From NCBI GenBank assembly GCA_963693365.1, contig CAVNZM010000019.1, forward strand, positions 322,130 to 386,129: 64,000 bases of DNA, given 5' to 3'. Positions 51,393-64,000 of this stretch are shown here, piece after piece (position 1 is the first letter of the stretch; each line of letters starts with the position of its first letter). A program made the translations under genes and the position numbers. Source of the DNA: Amoebidium appalachense (taxonomy: Eukaryota > Protista > Ichthyosporea). The notes under the pieces were generated by a model. That model did no database searches. It was not told the DNA's origin and was given only the letters and a program-made list of their open reading frames with translations.

Positions 51393-51719
51393 TGGTGTGG
51401 GGTGTTTGCTGGGTGGGTGAGTGTGTATGGGAGAGAGTAATGCTATACCCATAGAGAAATATAGACAGGGCAGTGTGTACAAGTACCACAATGTGATATG
51501 CTATGATATGCCCCAACCCATACATGTGCAAAAGCGCAAATATCCCATCGTTTGTTTCTTACGATGTCTTCTCATAAGCACGATTTGGTGCAAACATCAT
51601 CTATGTATCTGAACCCTAACATGTAAGCGAGACTCAACGACAGCAAGATTGAATAAAAAAGTCAATACATAACCACACTTGGACGTATCTGAAACATGCA
51701 TGTGCGTATGCGTGTGTGT

Positions 51720-51755
<36 letters not shown>

Positions 51756-51861
51756 GTTGTGTGGTTTTTTTGTTGTGTTGTGTTTGTGTGGTGTGTGTGT
51801 GTGTGTTGGTGTGTGTGTGGTGTGTGTGTGTGTTGTGTGTGTGTGTGGTGTGTGTGTGTGG

Positions 51862-51892
<31 letters not shown>

Positions 51893-51901
51893 TGTGGTGT
51901 G

Positions 51902-51939
<38 letters not shown>

Positions 51940-52009
51940 TGGTGTGTGTGTGTGGTGTGTGTGTGTGTGTGTGCCTGTGTGTGTGTACAGATGTACAGAT
52001 GCCAAGTCT

Positions 52010-53272
52010 TCACGATTTATTTTGCGGGGTGCCCGGGGTGGCCGGCACCCACACATTTTGCCACCCAGAGGGGAAAAGCATCCACAACCACTCACCCTGG
52101 GGGGAGTTGGGATCTTCAACTTCTAAATTCTTGCATACAGTATCTTTAACAGGCGGTGTGAGCGGGCTTGGGGATGGGTATGGGCTTGGTGGAAGAGATG
52201 TGCATGGTGGGGGTTGGGGAGAGAAATGGGTGTTTGTGTGGGCTTGTGGGGCAGGAACAAGTCTTCGGGGGGCCAAACCCGGTCGCAGCTGTCGTCTACG
52301 GCCAACAAGCCTCCTCGCGCAGCCGTCCACACCATGCTGATGCTGCAGGACGAGTGTGTGGCAGTCGGCACACACGAGCACGGTGGCAGGGCGTGCAAAG
52401 ACGTGCACGCAGTGTGGACAAGGACAGGAATGGAAGCGGAGGGGGAGGTCGGCGGCCACGTAGGCCTGGGGTGTGCCGGGCGAAGCTGGGCGGCGGCGGC
52501 AGCTGCACAAGGGGCAGTATTCGAGGGCGGGGGTGTACATGTCAGTGACAAGGTGGCGCAGGCGACCCGCACACATGTGAGCGAGAAAGGCCTCCGCATT
52601 GCGGTAGTGTGTGCATGCACAGACGGGGGAGGCACATTCGGGCACGGGAGCGGGGAAGCCAACGTGCCACATGGCACATGCAGGGTTGTGCGGGGCCATG
52701 CGGTGGGCGGTGGGGAGGGGGTCTGGGATGTCGGGTATGCACGTGCATGGGACGGGTATGGTGGTCAGCAGGGAGTAGACGGCATTCCAAGCCCGCCGAC
52801 GCTGTGTGTTGATATAGTTGTGGGTGCGACGGGCGATGCGGAAGGCACAGTGGGTGCCGCTACGGCATGTGTCGCAGCAGCCGGGGGAGGCCGGGCATGG
52901 GAGAAGAGTGAGTCGACAGCGAGGTGAAGCACGAACTACACAGACGGGGAACACTTGTTGCCGCAAGGGTCAGGCAGTGGTCGCAGCCACAAACAAAATG
53001 GGTGATGGCGGGGAAGTGTTTTGCCTTCGTCTTGAGATGCGGGGTGTTGTGGTAACCGCAGACGGCACACGCGTCGGAGGAGCCGCCACAGACGCGAAGG
53101 TCTGTGCAACGAGTGCATTCACACCCTTCAACGGGCTTTGGGGGTGAAGGGAGGGGAGGGGGGAGTGGGTGGGGGAGTGGGGCGTTCATGTTTTGCAAGG
53201 GTGGGTGAAGAGAAGTCACTGTGAGCGAAAGGTGAACAAACGAAACCGATTGAGGTGAGAGTTGATGTCCAT
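52010..53272 (-). CDS. Cys-rich protein, paralog of 1963..3242
   Basis: ORFs 52010..52966 and 52860..53297 join across a G-run. Confidence 0.55.
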
Positions 53273-53670
53273 GTGACACCGTTTGCCTGTCACCCAACCT
53301 TCAATTAAAAAATGCCATCGCGTCATGGAAATCTCCCGCAAGCGACAAAAAAGGTGGGGTTTATTGAAACACAATTTACAGGGCAATCCGCGCCACGGAA
53401 TGCGATTTAATCAGACCAGATCGATAAACCCCCCTTTCTCTCAGCGATCAAAGGGTGATTATCAGATGCCAAACGATCTGATTGGTCAGCTTTATATCAC
53501 GTGACATGATAAGATTAGTACACATTTGATAGGTAGGCATGGGCCATCGGGCCTGTCAAATACAAACAAGGTTGCAAAAGCTCACGCGCGAGACAACGCG
53601 CAATGTTTAGCGGCTATTGTTGATGATTATGTAGGTGTATATAAAGACTGAAATCCCAACAGAAGAGGCC

Positions 53671-53982
53671 ATGGCGCAAACACAAAATCACAAACCGGCT
53701 GCGCTTACCATGCCGAAGCTAAACGGAGCAAAGCCCAAACCCACCAGTACAAGCGCACACAAACCGGCTGCGCTTACCATGCCGAAGCTAAACGGAGCAA
53801 AGCCCAAACCCACCAGTACAAGCGCACACAAGCCAGCTAAAAAAAAGTATGTATCCCAGGACAAGTGCCCTAACAACTCCAAATCGTGCAAGCTTGCACG
53901 GCGCTGCCCCGTGTGCACAGGACTCGTGCGACGCATCCATCCGTACATGTCCGTCCAACCTAAAGACTCCGATCCATCCTGA
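53671..53982 (+). CDS. Small basic protein with a Cys4 motif
   Basis: Intact ORF, TATA upstream, 23-aa duplication. Confidence 0.65.
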   Translation: MAQTQNHKPAALTMPKLNGAKPKPTSTSAHKPAALTMPKLNGAKPKPTSTSAHKPAKKKYVSQDKCPNNSKSCKLARRCPVCTGLVRRIHPYMSVQPKDSDPS

Positions 53983-55002
53983 AGCACGCACACACTTCGT
54001 GTCCGGCCGGGGTGACCGGGCGCTCCGGCATGGCATAGAAGAAGGACTTGGGCTCCAGGGGCAACTGGCGTATGCCGGCAAAGTCCTTCTCGAGGGAGCG
54101 ACCCAGCTTCCTCAGGTCGCGCAGCTGGGGGTCCTTGTAGGTGCTGCCTGCTGGGACGCCGTGTGGATGGGGTACGTCAACATCGAGAGCCTCAAGGGCG
54201 CGCGAGAGAAACGTGTAGAGGTGCAACGTGTTGATGTCGAGCGCAGACGCTATCGAAACGCCCGTGTCTATATTGATGCGCTGGGCAAGCACCTTGAACA
54301 CCAGCGCCTCGGCGTGCGGGGCGCAGATGTTGCGGGTCTTGAAGCGGGAAGTGACTTGCACATTTGCGACCTTTTCAAGGATGGTCACCAGGCGGTGGAC
54401 GTCAAGCACGGATGTCGAGCTGAGTGTGGCCACCAGGAAACCGACAAAGGTAGCGCGAATGTGGCGGGTGGCATCCAGAGGGGTGGTGGAAGGGGGCGCG
54501 CCGCGGGTCTTCTCATAGAGCCGGGTTTCGTGCAAGTGCAGCTCCTTGTTGCGGGCGCTGTTAAACCATCCCAGAAAATCGAGGGCCAGGGGGGACTCGT
54601 ACAAGACCTGGGTGGTCAGGTGAAGAAACGCAGCGGGCGAGACCAGCATGAAGTTGCCCTCCTTGTAGTAGTGCGGGGAACCCTGTAGGAATCACCAAGT
54701 ATCAGCATGGATTGAGTATGGCGGGGGTGGGTCCCCCTTAATCGGATCCGAGAACACGGGGAAGAGATAGTCAAGGACACTGAGAAAGAACATGCCCACA
54801 CAAAACGCCACCGTAGCCACGACCACTATGGTGCCCGGATCCACCATTTAGTAGGGGTGTTGATAAAGTGTCGGTGGAAGCTTCAAAAATTGTGTGTGCG
54901 TGTGTGAAGCTGTGTGTGTGTGTGTGTGTGTGTGTGAGCCTGTGTGTGTGCGTGTGTGAAGCCTTGTGTGTGTGTGTGTGCGTGTGTGTGTGTGTGGAAG
55001 CC

Positions 55003-55033
<31 letters not shown>

Positions 55034-55078
55034 GAAGCCTTGTGTGTGTGTGTGTGCGTGTGTGTGTGTGTGGAAGCC

Positions 55079-55109
<31 letters not shown>

Positions 55110-55915
55110 GAAGCCTTGTGTGTGTGTGTGTGTGGAAGCCTTCTGTGTGTGTATGTGTGTGTGTGTGGGGGGGGGGGGGGGGGGCCTCCTACCGCTTCTG
55201 TGCCTGGCACATCACGGGCGTTTGCGATTTTGGCCTGATCGAGACGGTCGCGTATCTCATCGATGTCCCTGAAGCCGAGAAGCGCACAGATGCTACCAGC
55301 GTCGAGGTAGGAGAGCTGCTCTTTGCTAGCTGCAAAAGGGAGCGTGCAGCTGATGAACGGTATAAGGCACAACGGGCTAAGTCTGTCGAGCGCCTCGCCC
55401 AACATCTGTGAAACAGGCAGGGGTGCAAGATGGCGCCTCCAATCACCAGCAGTGGCGAGGGCTTTGATTTCACCAGGTGGCTTTTTGGTCATTGAGATGT
55501 TAGCGCGCGAGCGCTTCCATTGTCTCGTATCGGAATCCTGGTTCTCGACAGACCTGAGCCGGCCAAACCATGTTGTTGCTGGCGTGGTTGTGGTGGGTGG
55601 CAGCGTGGGGGCTTGAGAGGAGACCGCTTGCAGATGCAGACGTGCGGGAACACCACGCGCCGGAGAGGGGGGGATTGTCTCGCCGCAGACCATGTCGAAG
55701 TCGAAGACGTGGTGCTGGCCGTGGCTCTTAGCCGTCGTCGGGGTGGGCGCATGGAGCATGGAGCCGTCACCTAGTTGGTTGTCAAAAGCAGCAAAATCGT
55801 CGGACGTCAGCGGAATGAAGTCGGTACTCTGTATGATGTCCAGGTCGGGTTGTGGGGTGGGTGGAAACGTGAAGGTGCTGTATGAGACAGGCGCAGCGCC
55901 ATGTGTCGTGTACAT
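53960..55915 (-). CDS. Spliced gene (exon 1 55915-55193, exon 2 54682-53960), paralog of 3915..5655
   Basis: GCG|GTAGGA donor and CTACAG|GGT acceptor, phase 0. Confidence 0.7.
54692..54847 (-). CDS. 51-aa TM micro-protein with PPPY motif, intron-nested
   Basis: [51 protein letters not shown]. Confidence 0.55.
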   Translation of the reverse strand: MVDPGTIVVVATVAFCVGMFFLSVLDYLFPVFSDPIKGDPPPPYSIHADTW

Positions 55916-56676
55916 TTTGCCTGTGTTGCTTGAGTATCTGTGTTTGTAGAATGCAATGGCATCGGCCGAGTGGATGTGACCTTATATACTTGTTTGGCAA
56001 TTCCGCGACATATGATTGGATGTCAGACTTTGTTATTTGAGTGGATTCTATTGGCAGCCACGCTGGATTGGCTTTTTGGTGATCTTAGTCCCAGAGTAGT
56101 GCAAAACGACTCAAAATATTTCCGAGCCGCTAATGCACTCAATGTTTACAAATGCAACATCACAATATTGACGTAGTACCTACAGTTTCTCGGATGGTTT
56201 AACCTTCTTTGATTTAATTGAGTTAACACAACCTTTTACCCATCAAACATTTCATCACCAAGGGCTTCTTTGAAATCGATACTCGACCAATCGCAGACAA
56301 CCAATCACAATTAACCAATCAGATATGAATAGAATGTTCACTGAAGTCTCAAGCCAAAGAGCACAAGTTCGATATCAAGTAAATTCGCGCTTCACATATG
56401 AACCCACTATGTTATCATGATTTTTATTGTTTATTTCCCATATATACAGACATACATGTTCCCACATAATTTCATGCAGATACAGTTGAACCTACCATCC
56501 TTTCCTAATCTTGCCAACATGACCACGAGTCATGCAGGAGCTAGACTCACCCCTTGTGAGCCACATGCTGGGTCCAGGGCGCCACAGCACCAACGTTGCC
56601 GACAACGGGTGACGTCATAATGACGTCATAAACGACGATCCTATGTCAGCGCTCTGAGTGTGTGTGTGTGTGTGTG

Positions 56677-56772
<96 letters not shown>

Positions 56773-57018
56773 TTGGGGGGGGGGGGGGGGGCTGTGGTGT
56801 AGGAAAGGATGGTAGGTTCAACTGTATCTGTATCTGGTTATTGGTTCACATTAACGAGAGTTTATTCTTAAGTCTTGGATCAAATCCCTGCACTATGCCT
56901 GGAACTCTCTGATCGGCTCTGGGGACATTATCATTTTTCCGTCATTTACACAGAGCACCAGAGGTGGTTCGGGCGGATCGGTTTGCTCGTTCTATTTGTA
57001 TGAAAAAAACACTGATGC

Positions 57019-57091
<73 letters not shown>

Positions 57092-57434
57092 TTGGGGGGG
57101 GGGGGGGGGGGGCTGTGGTGTAGGAAAGGATGGTAGGTTCAACTGTATCTGTATCTGGTTATTGGTTCACATTAACGAGAGTTTATTCTTAAGTCTTGGA
57201 TCAAATCCCTGCACTATGCCTGGAACTCTCTGATCGGCTCTGGGGACATTATCATTTTTCCGTCATTTACACAGAGCACCAGAGGTGGTTCGGGTGGATC
57301 GGTTTGCTCGTTCTATTTGTATGAAAAAAAAAAAACACTGATGCGCTACCACCAAGTGTCTGGCGCTACACAACGCTAGCGCTATGCACTAACACCAAGT
57401 GTCTGGCGCTACACAACTCCAGCGCTTTGCACTA

Positions 57435-57469
<35 letters not shown>

Positions 57470-57509
57470 CGCACACTCCCGTCGAAAGCGCTACACAACT
57501 CTTATACAC

Positions 57510-57553
<44 letters not shown>

Positions 57554-57624
57554 TCCCGTCGAAAGCGCTACACAACTCTTATACACTAACACCCCCAATC
57601 GACCAGCGCTACACAACTCACACT

Positions 57625-59817
57625 TCACTCACTATCACTGTCCGCAATCACCACAACATCAACGGGGCCCTCGGGCTTCTGCAGGCGGGCGACCTTGCGC
57701 TTCCGCCCCAGCCGCCCGCGCTGCACATACACGTCCAGCTGGGTCTGCCCCTTGAGCTGCTCGCCGCGCTCCACCAGCGGCTCGTTGAGGCTGACGGTGC
57801 GCCCGAGCTCCAGCGGCTCGATGTCGGGGAACTTGTCCTGGATGGCCTCCAGCCACGACGCCAGCTCGACGTGCACCTCGTACTCGGCAGCGCCCGTGTC
57901 CGCGTTGTTGATGGTCGACTGGCGCAGCACCGGCGCCTTGCAGTACTCGACGTACCAGCGCGTGTAGTTGTAGACAAAGGTGTACAGCTGCTGCGTGGTC
58001 ATGTCGGTCGAGTACTTGGGCTCCTCGCCGGTCCACAGCCGGATGCGCTCCTTCATGGCCTTCTGCAGCCCGGTGGTGGCGATGATGTTGGAAATCTCCC
58101 CCGACTGGAACACAAAGCACACGCCCGTGGTGGCCATGATCATGCCCGTGTACGTGCTGGCGCAGCGCACGCCTTCGCCGTACAGCGTGTCCACGCACAC
58201 ATACGCGAACGCGCGCGTCAGGCGCTTGAACTTATGGTTGTCCGTGTACGTGCCGCCGGTTGTGAGAGGCATGCGGGTCGGGAGGGTGAGTGGTTCGAGC
58301 TTCACGCGGGCGAGAGCGGCAGCGAGGGTGGCGAGTGCCTCGGCCTGGGCGGCCTCCGCGGCCTCCTTGGCTAACTCGGCAGCCATTTTGTCGCCCATGG
58401 CCTGTTCCCGCTCGGCGGCCACAGCGGCCGCGTTTGCTTCGGACGCAGCAAGGGTGGCGCGCAGGGCAGAAACGGCCTCGTCCTTGCTGTTGGCGGCCAG
58501 ACGGGCAAAGGCATTCTTGACTCCAAGGACCCAGACTCGGACTGTGTTGCCGATCAGGGTTGGAGATGCCAGAGCAGCAACAAGGAAGCCATCGGCAGTC
58601 AGCAGGTGATCCATACCAGGACGACCTCCAGTGCTCTGCATTTGTGGTCGTTTAGTTAGGTGTCGAGCAGCAAGAGAACTTTAGCGCCCTGATCCGGGAA
58701 AGTGATGACGTCACTTCACCAATCAAAACTTTTCAGCCACAAAGCTGAAAAGTGATGACGTCACCTCACCAATCAAAACTTTCCCGCTCTAATCCGTAAA
58801 AGTGATGACGTCATATGATACCCACAGAGCCAATCAAACATTTCCCGGCAGCTGCCAAATCGAGTCACCAATTTTTTTCCATACAAATAGTATGACGAGT
58901 ATCCAAATGAGCGCAGATACCATAGCGCGCAAGTATGGGCTCTCAAGAAATAGAATGACTGAGAATGTAATACGGACCATAAGACGACTGGGCTGGGTAC
59001 AGAATGTAGATTACAGAGTTACAAGAGTACGCACAGGCAGCAGGGGCTTGCCGGGCAAATCGTTTTTTCTAACTGATCGTGCTTACAACAAACTGGCCAA
59101 AAGGCTCGAACAGACTCTCGGAAAGAACCAGTCAGAAAAAAAAGATCTGTGAAAATCTACAGAAAAGAGAAGGGGGCGCGAAAAGAACAGTGCCTGCTGG
59201 AGAAATCGACTTGTTGACAGATAGCGATGTAATTGAAGTGAAGAATGTCCGGTCATGGAAACATGCACTTGGGCAGGTTCTTGTCTATGGAAAGTACTAC
59301 CCCGGTCATCGCAAACGAGTCCACTTATTTGGTAGAGCGCCCAACTCGTTCTACTTGTTTGTCATAGAGTCACTAATGGAACACGGTGTAATTGTGTCCG
59401 TTGAACCAGGTTGTTGTGATGCAGTTTACATATCAAGAAATTTGACAGGCTCATCCAAAAGCAAGCTCGACATGCTAGCCACGGTTGCACTTGCGACAGA
59501 GGGATTGTACATACCTCCATCTCGACAACACGGTAGTTTCCGACCGGAACAAAACCAGACGACCCCTTTTGCCCCTTGAACATGGCCCTCACAAAGTCTT
59601 CGTAGCGGCCGTACCCCAGCAGGCGGAACACGGCGCGCCCGGAGATGGTCTCCTTGCAGTCATACAGGAACGGGTCGAGGAAGCGCAGCACCTTGGCCAC
59701 CACGTCGTCGCCCACGGTGCCCAGCAGGCGCTCGAGCTCGGGGGAGATGGGAGGGAAGCCGGCCTCTTTGGCACCGGCAATGTTGAGGCGCTCGTAGATG
59801 GCATAGGTGGAAGCCAT
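57625..59817 (-). CDS. Spliced MSV199/AntA-like gene (exon 1 59817-59515, exon 2 58635-57625)
   Basis: GAG|GTATGT donor, CCTAAC branch, ATGCAG|AGC acceptor; the junction reads YRVVEME|STGGRPGMDHLLTADGF. Confidence 0.8.
58699..58845 (+). promoter_or_regulatory. Three CRE+CCAAT modules upstream of the nested nuclease, inside the intron
   Basis: aagtgatgacgtca…ccaatcaaa repeated three times. Confidence 0.5.
58892..59579 (+). CDS. Divergent intron-nested antisense PD-(D/E)XK nuclease; one extra A in an A8 run near 59140
   Basis: ORF pieces join as …KNQSEKKICENLQKREGG…GEIDLLTDSDVIEVKNVRSWKHALGQVLVY…RVHLFG. Confidence 0.75.
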
Positions 59818-60203
59818 GGTCGCTGGTGGAAGAGTTGGGGCTTTGGGTTTGGGGGTTGAGTGCTGTGTGTGTACCGTCACGAAGGTGCTGGCTGTCCAGC
59901 GCTTGCTGTGTTTATATAGGGAGGCGTCCGGCGCTTCATTGGTTGTACGCTTCATTGGTTGTAGGAGGAGAGGAATGGAATCCAGCATTCGATTGGAGAG
60001 GATTGCAAGAGAATACTGGTCCCAGATGATTGGGTCGATTTGTTCGGCGCTACGTGCACTTTTTACACATATGGCCCTGACCAATCGAATGCTGCATTCC
60101 ACCCCCCCCCAATGAAGCGCTGCTTTACGGTGCTCACACACCCGTCACAACCCCTAGTGCCAACTTTTCAATTCTAATTGATAATAGCGCTATCATCGGT
60201 AAG

Positions 60204-60341
<138 letters not shown>

Positions 60342-60399
60342 ATAGCGCTAGAGTTGTGTAGCGCTGAAAGCGAATTATGAAGGTAATACAGCAATTGCA

Positions 60400-60622
60400 T
60401 TGGTAAGTGTGATGCCACTCACCGACTATCCAATCAAATCACTGCAATGAGGTCAGTGGCGCTTTCATTATTCAAACTGTCGGGATGCGCGCGATTTGAT
60501 TGGTGAGTTGAAGAGTTGCTACAGAAACCGACTTTCCATACCCCACACACCACACACCATACACCATACACCTACATGTATACGTATGTTACAGTATCAT
60601 TCTTGTATATGTGTAGGTATCT

Positions 60623-60670
<48 letters not shown>

Positions 60671-60822
60671 TATACTAAAATAAAAGACATATGAACTTCA
60701 CTTTTGTAAATATTTATTTATAATAAATGAACATTGAACTAGTATCACTACATGATCCTTTTGGAAGTAGGTTAGAAGAATATCAAAAGGTCAGTGTATA
60801 CAAATAAAAATTAGAATACAAA

Positions 60823-60867
<45 letters not shown>

Positions 60868-61452
60868 GTGTATATAAGTATACATATGTATAAAAATATG
60901 TACGCTTGTATGTATATGTGTATGATATATATAGATGTATGTGTGTGTGGTGTGTGGGGTATGGAAAGTCGGTTTCTGTAGCAACTCTTCAACTCACCAA
61001 TCAAATCGCGCGTATCCCGACAGTTTGAATAATGAAAGCGCCACTGACCTCATTGCAGTGATTTGATTGGATAGTCGGTGAGTGGCATCACACTTACCAA
61101 TCATAGCGCTATTAGATAAATATGAGATTAAAGGGTTTATATATTAATACAGCGATTGCATTGGTCAAAGCTTTCGCGTTTTTTGCTTTTTTTGATATAT
61201 AAAACCTTTAATCTCATATTCAAGTGTGATGCCACTCACCGACTATCCAATCAAATCACTGCAATGAGGTCAGTGGCGCTTTCATTATTCAAACTGTCGG
61301 GATGCGCGCGATTTGATTGGTGAGTTGAAGAGTTGCTACAGAAACCGACTTTCCATACCCCCACACACCACACCCACACCATACACCTACATGTATACGT
61401 ATGTTACAGTATCATTCTTGTATATGTGTAGGTATCTATATAAATATATATA

Positions 61453-61484
<32 letters not shown>

Positions 61485-61645
61485 TATACTAAAATAAAAG
61501 ACATATGAACTTCACTTTTGTAAATATTTATTTATATATTTATAATAAATGAACATTGAACTAGTATCACTACATGATCCTTTTGGAAGTAGGTTAGAAG
61601 AATATGAAAAGGTCAGTGTATACAAATAAAAATTAGAATACAAAG

Positions 61646-61689
<44 letters not shown>

Positions 61690-62305
61690 GTGTATATAAG
61701 TATACATATGTATAAAAATATGTACGCTTGTATGTATATGTGTATGATATATATAGATGTATGTGTGTGTGGTGTGTGGGGGTATGGAAAGTCGGTTTCT
61801 GTAGCAACTCTTCAACTCACCAATCAAATCGCGCGCATCCCGACAGTTTGAATAATGAAAGCGCCGATGAAGTCATTCCAGTGATTTGATTGGATAGTCG
61901 GTGAGTGGCATCACACTTGAATATGAGATTAAAGGGTTTATATATCAAAAAAAGCAAAAAAGCATACATAGTGTACTTTTACATCCATACTAATGTTTAT
62001 ATTTAACCGATGATGTCATCGATAAGGTAGAAAGTAATAAAAAGCCCAATGTTTACCCTTTAATCTCATATTTATCTAATAGCGCTATGATTGGTAAGTG
62101 TGATTGCCACTCACCGACTATCCAATCAAATCACTGGAATGACTTCATCGGCGCTTTCATTATTCAAACTGTCGGGATGCGCGCGATTTGATTGGTGAGT
62201 TGAAGAGTTGCTACAGAAACCGACTTTCCATACCCCCACACACCACACACCATACACCTACATGTATACGTATGTTACAGTATCATTCTTGTATATGTAG
62301 GTATC

Positions 62306-62352
<47 letters not shown>

Positions 62353-62509
62353 CTAAAATAAAAGACATATGAACTTCACTTTTGTAAATATTTATTTATA
62401 TATTTATAATAAATGAACATTGAAGTAGTATCACTACATGATCCTTTTGGAAGTAGGTTAGAAGAATATGAAAAGGTCAGTGTATACAAATAAAAATTAG
62501 AATACAAAG

Positions 62510-62550
<41 letters not shown>

Positions 62551-62865
62551 GTGTATATAAGTATACATATGTATAAAAATATGTACGCTTGTATGTATAT
62601 GTGTATGATATATATAGATGTATGTGTGTGTGGTGTGTGGGGGTATGGAAAGTCGGTTTCTGTAGCAACTCTTCAACTCACCAATCAAATCGCGCGCATC
62701 CCGACAGTTTGAATAATGAAAGCGCCGATGAAGTCATTCCAGTGATTTGATTGGATAGTCGGTGAGTGGCATCACACTTACCAATCGTAGCGCTATTAGA
62801 TAAATATGAGATTAAAGGGTAAACATTAGGCTTTTTATTACTTTCTACCTTATCGATGACATCAT
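60400..62865. repeat. Three tandem P1 inverted-repeat units (arms ~160-230 bp, AT-rich core ~380 bp, period ~820-870 bp)
   Basis: Arm pairs at ~60400-60557/60942-61101, ~61180-61375/61765-61960 and ~62020-62250/62625-62865; the cores are in the same orientation. Confidence 0.93.
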
Positions 62866-63059
62866 CGGTGCGCTCTGTATGACTATCTATATTGAAGACA
62901 TAGTCATATTTATCATCATACATATATATATATATAAACATATACTTTTATTTTAAATATAAACATTAGTATGGATGTAAAAGTACACTATGTATGCCGA
63001 TGTTATACTATGTAGAGACAGGTACATGTATATATCCCCATATCCCCCCCCCCCCCCCA

Positions 63060-63880
<821 letters not shown>

Positions 63881-64000
63881 CCCCATCCCCACCCCCCCCC
63901 CCCCCCCACACACACACACACACACACACGTGTCATACACACACCCACACACACACACAAACACACACACACAAACACACACTACTTACTGATACACAAA

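Larger units (their letters stand above)
49903..60200. repeat. Large segmental duplication, copy 2
   Basis: Colinear with 1-9600. Confidence 0.95.

Noticed and set aside
59130-59150. Programmed ribosomal frameshifting at the A-run in the nuclease and at other frame breaks
   Set aside because: Paralogs are continuous and the breaks mostly fall in homopolymers, so sequencing error or decay is more parsimonious.

Overview
This is eukaryotic-type DNA (probably a protist) rich in (CA)n/(GT)n and poly-G tracts, with CCAAT/CRE/TATA promoter motifs and GT-AG introns. The gene set looks like a large DNA virus or an endogenised viral element. It includes an expanded family with an MSV199/AntA-like DNA-binding domain, PD-(D/E)XK nucleases, two SF3 (D5-like) helicases plus a stand-alone D5-type C-terminal domain, and F-box, C2H2, SET-like, BAG and 7TM-like genes. 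I could not recognise a capsid, PolB or packaging ATPase. Positions 1-~9600 recur at ~49900-60200, and a third, error-laden copy lies at ~20550-27500. An intact-looking Ngaro-type tyrosine-recombinase retrotransposon with split direct repeats (28205-33664) and a Ty3/gypsy LTR remnant each interrupt a member of the expanded family. The main observation is that the short 'MASTYAIYERL' ORFs are exon 1 of spliced genes. Their phase-0 intron, at essentially the same position in each copy, carries different cargo: an antisense PD-(D/E)XK nuclease gene in three copies and tandem repeats in others. A distant paralog has a small TM+PPxY ORF in its intron. This suggests a nuclease-encoding, possibly homing, spliceosomal intron or cassette system. 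Arrays of long inverted repeats around an AT-rich core are origin-like or hairpin-like. All family assignments are by-eye motif recognition, not database searches, and many frameshifts at homopolymers may be sequencing errors.
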